This document shows, piece by piece, positions 59,440 to 64,000 of a stretch of 64,000 nt of DNA; positions within the stretch are counted from its first letter, which is position 1; every line of letters begins with the position of its first letter. Source of the stretch: an uncultured Gammaproteobacteria bacterium (lineage in GTDB: Bacteria > Patescibacteriota > Patescibacteriia > UBA11705 > JABHMO01). Both the position numbers and the translations under genes were made by a program. Under the pieces are notes generated by a model. It saw only the letters and a program-made list of their open reading frames with translations, was not told where the DNA came from and did no database searches. Location of the stretch: contig CAZAKN010000001.1 of the NCBI GenBank assembly GCA_964486065.1, positions 16,657 to 80,656 of the forward strand, in the 5' to 3' direction.

Positions 59440-60156
59440 ATGAATCACAGTTCGGAGATTATCAAGATTCCTGCAGAAGAAGTGGCGGAAATAGTCGGTG
59501 GCAAGCAAATGCTTGAAAAGCAAATGCGTCGCGCCGGCGTAATCCGTGGCTACGACTTCAATCCAACAGGTACGCCTTACGACGGCGAAGCCAGATTGGT
59601 CGCCAGATTCATTAATGGAGCCTGCCTTTTTTATTTTCGCAAGGAGGGTGAAACATACTTCTACACCACGCAAGAAGACTTGGAAAAATATGTTGACATT
59701 TCTTTGTCCAACTCGGCAAATCCGAAACAGAGTTTTCTTGATAGAACATGGCCGGCAACTCCCAAGGCTCCTTTTTCCAGTCGTTACGACCGAGAGCTTA
59801 TGATTTTGCGCCAACATCGCAAAGAAGGCACCATCTACAAACCGGATCGTAAACAGACAATTCTCAATTCCGCTGAAGCGGCTGAATTATTCGGTGGCAA
59901 AGACAAACTGGAAGAACATTTAGTCAGCTTGGGACTGAAACGAGGCTCAGCCTCCGTTTACCCCATGCTCATCGGCGCTTTCTGCGAAGGCAGTGCGTTT
60001 ATCAGCTACAAACGCTCGCCCAGCGGAGGAACATTCCAGTTCTTCGGTGGCAAAAAGATTTGGCAAAATCTGCTGGCTACCATCTATTCGGCAAACTGCC
60101 GTCCCGAACGTTTCAAGCCGGTTCGTCCAATTTCCGCCAGAGTGTCTCGTGGCTGA
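59440..60156 (+). CDS. Orphan protein with internal domain duplication (SD-led), paralog 1
   Basis: GGGAGGT-5nt-ATG; two copies of a G.K..L..(Q/H)...(A/L)G(V/L).RG motif. Confidence 0.7.
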   Translation: MNHSSEIIKIPAEEVAEIVGGKQMLEKQMRRAGVIRGYDFNPTGTPYDGEARLVARFINGACLFYFRKEGETYFYTTQEDLEKYVDISLSNSANPKQSFLDRTWPATPKAPFSSRYDRELMILRQHRKEGTIYKPDRKQTILNSAEAAELFGGKDKLEEHLVSLGLKRGSASVYPMLIGAFCEGSAFISYKRSPSGGTFQFFGGKKIWQNLLATIYSANCRPERFKPVRPISARVSRG

Positions 60157-60170
60157 CCCTAATTATCATG

Positions 60171-60200
60171 GGAGATTTCACCTCGTGAAATCTCCTTATT
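60171..60200 (+). terminator. Hairpin/terminator between the paralogs
   Basis: GGAGATTTCAC-CTC-GTGAAATCTCC then TTATT. Confidence 0.6.
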
Positions 60201-60252
60201 CTTAAAACAATTTTTCAAATATCTTTTGTTCTTTTTATCTTCGGAGGTCGTA

Positions 60253-60930
60253 ATGCTGAGAACCAACACCATGGCTTTGCCAAAGGATTACTTGAAAACA
60301 ATTTTTCCCGGCAAAAATCAATTAACCGAACACATGACCGACGCGGGAGTCAAGCGAGGACAGGATTTTCGCGGACCAATAGCCAAACTGAAGGGCGAAA
60401 TCATGTTGTATTTCGTCCGTGATCAAGCAAAAAACAAATCCCGCTTCTACGCAAAAGGAAGGGATAAATCCTTGCTGTATCTTTTCCATAACTTGGAAAA
60501 AGAAGTGGGCATGGTTTACTTGGACGAATCATGGATTCCGGACAAGAAAAGAGCTTCTTCCGTGCCACAAATTCCTTTGAATCACGGTATCAGGCATTTT
60601 GATTGTCAACAAAAGGAAATCATTCTCAAAGGGGGCGAGGTGATTCCATTGTTTAAGAAGCATGAGAGATTGACCAGGCAAATGGAAAAAGTCGGTGTCA
60701 AACGCGGTCAAAATTTCAACGGCTTGGTGGCGATCTTCAATTTCGGTGCTCACTTGCATTATTACCGTGATGAAGAAAGAAACAACACTTACTTTGTCAT
60801 CAAAATCAAGGAAAAAAGCGCATTTGACAAACTGAAGGATCTGCTTTCAAACTTGATGCAGGGTATTACTCCGCAAGAAGATCTTTTCAATTCATGGCCG
60901 GCCAACACCCAGACGGCTTTGGCCTGCTAA
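60253..60930 (+). CDS. Orphan protein with internal domain duplication (SD-led), paralog 2
   Basis: GGAGGT-4nt-ATG at 60253; GVKRGQDF and GVKRGQNF repeats. Confidence 0.7.
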   Translation: MLRTNTMALPKDYLKTIFPGKNQLTEHMTDAGVKRGQDFRGPIAKLKGEIMLYFVRDQAKNKSRFYAKGRDKSLLYLFHNLEKEVGMVYLDESWIPDKKRASSVPQIPLNHGIRHFDCQQKEIILKGGEVIPLFKKHERLTRQMEKVGVKRGQNFNGLVAIFNFGAHLHYYRDEERNNTYFVIKIKEKSAFDKLKDLLSNLMQGITPQEDLFNSWPANTQTALAC

Positions 60931-60957
60931 AAAGGCGTCCACATGGACGCCTTTTTT
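60929..60957. terminator. Bidirectional intrinsic terminator
   Basis: AAAAAGGCGTCCA-CA-TGGACGCCTTTTTT between convergent genes. Confidence 0.85.
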
Positions 60958-60983
60958 AATTCTACAAAATTTTAAAACTATTA

Positions 60984-62489
60984 TTACGATTCCGCTTCTT
61001 CAATTCTTACAAACAAAGGCTCGCCTTTTCGTAATTTTTGACCGGGAGGCAATACTCGCGTCACGCTTCGCAAATCGCTTTCCTCAAATCCCAATCTGAG
61101 CAAAATATCTTCCGCCGTTTGCGGTAAAAACGGTTTCAGCATTTGAGCGATTATTTTCAGACCTTGCAAACAACCGTAAATTACGGTTTCAACCTCTTGC
61201 TGTTTTTCTTCTTTGGCCAATCGCCAAGGCTCTTTTCCCGCGATGTAAGAATCTATCTCCGCGACCATATTCATTATTAAATCCATATTCATATCCAAAC
61301 GCGCTATGGCAAAATTTTCATGATATTCTTCAATCAAATTTTCAAAATTAATGTTTATGTCAGAATCAGCTCGTGGCACTTCTCCATTGGTATATTTTTC
61401 CGCCATGCTTAAAATCCGACTGGTCAAATTACCTATTCCGTTGGCTAGGTCGGCATTATATTTCAACCGCATTTTCTCCTCGGTATAATCCCCGTCTTCA
61501 AATGTTTTAATCTCCGCCAATAGATAATACCTGGTAGCATCGGTTCCATATTTTTCAACCACATCATAAGGATTTATCACATTACCGAGAGATTTACTCA
61601 TCTTTTTCCCACCGGAATTGATGAATCCGAAAATCAAAACTTGTTCCGCGTTAGGCAATCCTGCGCTCATCAACATGGCTTGCCACATAGCACTTTGTTG
61701 CCGAAGATTATCTTTGCCCGCCACTTGCATTCCCGGCCAAAATTTTTCAAATTGTTCCATATTATCCGGCCAACCCAAACATGAAATATAGTTCACCAAT
61801 GCGTCAAACCAAACATACATAACATGATTTTCATCTCCGGGAACCGGCACACCCCAAGGCATTTTTTCTTTCAAACGAGAAATGGAAAAATCTTGCAAAC
61901 CGTTAGCCACGAAATTCCTGATTTCTTTCAAACGATAATCGGGTAAAACAATATCCTTATTTTTATCATACAATTCCAGCAAAGCGTCTTGATACTTGGA
62001 CCAGCGGAAAAAATAATTTTCCTCATCAATCTCTTCCAAAGGCTGACCGGGATGGTGCGGACATTCTCCATTAACCAATTCGGACTCGGTTTTTTCAAGC
62101 TCACATCCCACGCAATATTTCACCTGATAATTTTTTTTGTAAATATCGCCATTGGCTTCACAAAGACGCCAAAATTCTTGCGCCGCTTTAACATGATTTT
62201 CATCAGTAGTGCGGATAAAACTGTTATAACTAAGATTTAAAGATTGTTTCAGCTGATCAAATTTAGTCGCGTATTCATCAACATAAGCTTGTGGTTCAAT
62301 CCCCCGTTCCAGCGCTTTGCGATAAATCTTCAAGCCGTGTTCATCGGTTCCGGTATTGAAAAAAACTTCTTCGCCCATCAAACGATGATAACGAGCTATC
62401 ACATCAGCCTTGATAATCTCTGTCGCAAAACCGATATGCGGTTCCGCGTTCACATAAGGCAAGGTGGTGGTTATGTAAAAGTTCTTCAT
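60984..62489 (-). CDS. metG: Methionine--tRNA ligase
   Basis: YVNAEPHIG, GTDEHG, YVWFDAL, KMSKS; start moved to ATG 62489. Confidence 0.96.
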   Translation of the reverse strand: MKNFYITTTLPYVNAEPHIGFATEIIKADVIARYHRLMGEEVFFNTGTDEHGLKIYRKALERGIEPQAYVDEYATKFDQLKQSLNLSYNSFIRTTDENHVKAAQEFWRLCEANGDIYKKNYQVKYCVGCELEKTESELVNGECPHHPGQPLEEIDEENYFFRWSKYQDALLELYDKNKDIVLPDYRLKEIRNFVANGLQDFSISRLKEKMPWGVPVPGDENHVMYVWFDALVNYISCLGWPDNMEQFEKFWPGMQVAGKDNLRQQSAMWQAMLMSAGLPNAEQVLIFGFINSGGKKMSKSLGNVINPYDVVEKYGTDATRYYLLAEIKTFEDGDYTEEKMRLKYNADLANGIGNLTSRILSMAEKYTNGEVPRADSDININFENLIEEYHENFAIARLDMNMDLIMNMVAEIDSYIAGKEPWRLAKEEKQQEVETVIYGCLQGLKIIAQMLKPFLPQTAEDILLRLGFEESDLRSVTRVLPPGQKLRKGEPLFVRIEEAES

Positions 62490-62541
62490 AAAATATGTTA
62501 CATTATTTTTCTTAATTGTTTTTTTATCAATCCTAACAAGC

Positions 62542-63198
62542 TTAAACAATCACAACAAACTCGCCTTTAGCTTTCTGCTCAACCTCTCGCAAAACCTCCT
62601 TGGCCGTGCCTCTGTATATTGTTTCAAATTTTTTGGTTAATTCACGGCAAACCACTATTTCTTTTCGCGAATCAAGAATTTCAACCAGTTCAGTAAGGGT
62701 TCTGACAATGCGATGGCAAGACTCATAAAAACAAACCGTACAATTGGCTTCCGTGATTTGTTTAAAAACTTTTCCTTTACCCTTTTTCGGCATAAATCCG
62801 AGAAATATGAATTTATCCGTAGGTTTGCCTGAAACACTAAGCGCGGTCGTAACGGCACAAGGTCCGGGAATCGGTGAAACCGTGAAATTCATTTCCGTAG
62901 CGAATTGCACCAATATATTACCGGGATCGGAGATCCCCGGTGTTCCCGCGTCAGTCACATAGGCTAAATTATTATATTTATGCAAAAGTGAGCTGATTTT
63001 CTCAGCTGAAGTATGTTGATGCAAACTGATGGTTTTCGCTGAAATATTCAATTTTTTTAGTAAATTTCCGGTTACTCTGGTGTCTTCACATAACACCACC
63101 TCCGCTTCACTTAAAATTCGCTCCGCGCGAGCGGAAATATCTTCCAAGTTCCCGATCGGAGTTGCCACGATATATAATTGTTTGATTTCCTGTTCCAT
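62542..63198 (-). CDS. rsmI: 16S rRNA C1402 2'-O-methyltransferase
   Basis: LYIVATPIGNLEDIS, EDTR, DAGTPGISDPG, RELTKKFE; start moved to ATG 63198. Confidence 0.95.
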   Translation of the reverse strand: MEQEIKQLYIVATPIGNLEDISARAERILSEAEVVLCEDTRVTGNLLKKLNISAKTISLHQHTSAEKISSLLHKYNNLAYVTDAGTPGISDPGNILVQFATEMNFTVSPIPGPCAVTTALSVSGKPTDKFIFLGFMPKKGKGKVFKQITEANCTVCFYESCHRIVRTLTELVEILDSRKEIVVCRELTKKFETIYRGTAKEVLREVEQKAKGEFVVIV

Positions 63199-63232
63199 AT
63201 TGACAAATTTTTCAATTTTGCTATGATTTGTG

Positions 63233-63355
63233 CAGGTTCTTTTGGGGAGCGCTGGCCCATCCTCCCCGACTCTACCTCCTTCTTTCTCCTCTGGGGGCAT
63301 GAACGCCCCCGCTAAAATCTCACGCTTCGCCTTCTTCGGTGAAGCGTTTTTATTT
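63233..63355 (+). ncRNA. Candidate small RNA with exposed anti-SD tract
   Basis: TTGACA-16-TATGAT (TG-extended) promoter at 63200-63227, two GC hairpins flanking CTACCTCCTTCTTTCTCCT, intrinsic terminator 63322-63355. Confidence 0.55.
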
Positions 63356-63381
63356 ATAAAAAATTATGTTATAATTCAATC

Positions 63382-63454
63382 GCAAGTGTTCACTTGGAGC
63401 AGGACGCTCCACCTTTCAAATCAACGGCTCTCCACGCAGAGCTGTTTTTTATTT
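63382..63454 (+). ncRNA. Second candidate small RNA (GGA-loop hairpin)
   Basis: TGTTATAAT at 63367-63375, hairpin TGGAGC-AGGAC-GCTCCA, terminator AACGGCTCT/AGAGCTGTT plus T-run. Confidence 0.45.
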
Positions 63455-63724
63455 GGGACTTTCTGACTGCTCCGCAGAGTTATTATTAGGATTCCTTTCA
63501 CTTAAAGTTTGTTCCACCGCCGACACGAAATAATAAATCAAACTTAAAGCCGCCAACACCAGAATAAAAACCAACAAACAACAATTAAAGCGACTTTTAA
63601 AACTTTTTTTCTCCGAATCATTATTTTCCGGCTGAAAATCGGGGCGACGCGACGCTAAAAATTTTTTATTGACTTCAGCGTATTCTTTTTCTCTTTCCAA
63701 TTGTTCAAAATTGGAATGCTTCAT
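63449..63724 (-). CDS. Small single-TM protein
   Basis: 91 aa, one TM helix, AATATG start. Confidence 0.6.
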   Translation of the reverse strand: MKHSNFEQLEREKEYAEVNKKFLASRRPDFQPENNDSEKKSFKSRFNCCLLVFILVLAALSLIYYFVSAVEQTLSERNPNNNSAEQSESPK

Positions 63725-63725
63725 A

Positions 63726-64000
63726 TTATTTTTTATTGTTTTTCAAACTTAAATCATACATTATGCTTTCACTTTTCTGCCAATTCTTTTTCGCTTGATC
63801 AAATTTGGTACGCAGATAACTGACCAAATCCAATTCAATTAACTCGCTGATCACTTCGGCAATGGCTTCTTGACCATTTTTCACTTTTTTCATATCTCCT
63901 TCCGTAGCCCACACGACCATTTTGCGCAAAACTTCTCCGGTGAAATCGCTCAACCCTCCGATATATTCATCAGCCTCAATTTTCACGCCATTCAATTGTT
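63726..64000 (-). CDS. Translin/TRAX-family protein (C-terminal part; 5' end outside window)
   Basis: EYIGGLSDFTGEVLR and LRTKFD...W.K.E...Y motifs. Confidence 0.75.
   Translation of the reverse strand, partial: QLNGVKIEADEYIGGLSDFTGEVLRKMVVWATEGDMKKVKNGQEAIAEVISELIELDLVSYLRTKFDQAKKNWQKSESIMYDLSLKNNKK

Noticed and set aside
63199-63300. N-terminal extension of RsmI given in the ORF track
   Set aside because: RsmI homology starts at MEQEIKQLYIVATPIG (ATG 63198, typical AATATG context); the extension covers structured non-coding DNA
63230-63466. 78-aa + strand ORF, or SRP/6S/tmRNA identity for this region
   Set aside because: The ORF runs through two terminator hairpins; no SRP, tmRNA or 6S hallmarks recognised

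Overview
AT-rich bacterial chromosome segment using the standard code (TGA acts as stop; tRNA-Trp has anticodon CCA). Gene content and order suggest a Patescibacteria/CPR (Parcubacteria-like) genome; this is inference. Core content: two surface-glycan clusters, tRNA-Trp, xth, queA, yhaM, def/fmt, a degenerate priA, clpB with a CIRCE operator, gltX, a single Xer recombinase with an adjacent dif-like site (probable replication terminus near 34 kb), ftsQ-alr-serS-greA-mrdA-mreDCB-proS, dciA, a UvrD-nuclease fusion, a full F1Fo atp operon interrupted by a cyclophilin gene, tatD-metG-rsmI and a translin-like gene. The most striking unexplained pattern is two expression grammars. Nearly all core genes lack a Shine-Dalgarno (SD) and start in an AT-rich ..T-ATG context. 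Ten scattered accessory genes (nine orphans plus a lone receiver domain) carry strong SDs, never have T at -1, and mostly sit in self-contained sigma70 promoter-SD-ORF-terminator cassettes. They include an unannotated 19-aa hydrophobic peptide and a paralog pair built from four copies of an unrecognised domain. Two unannotated small-RNA-like units at 63.2-63.45 kb carry an exposed anti-SD tract and a CsrA-type GGA hairpin. All assignments come from motif reading by eye; no searches were run.
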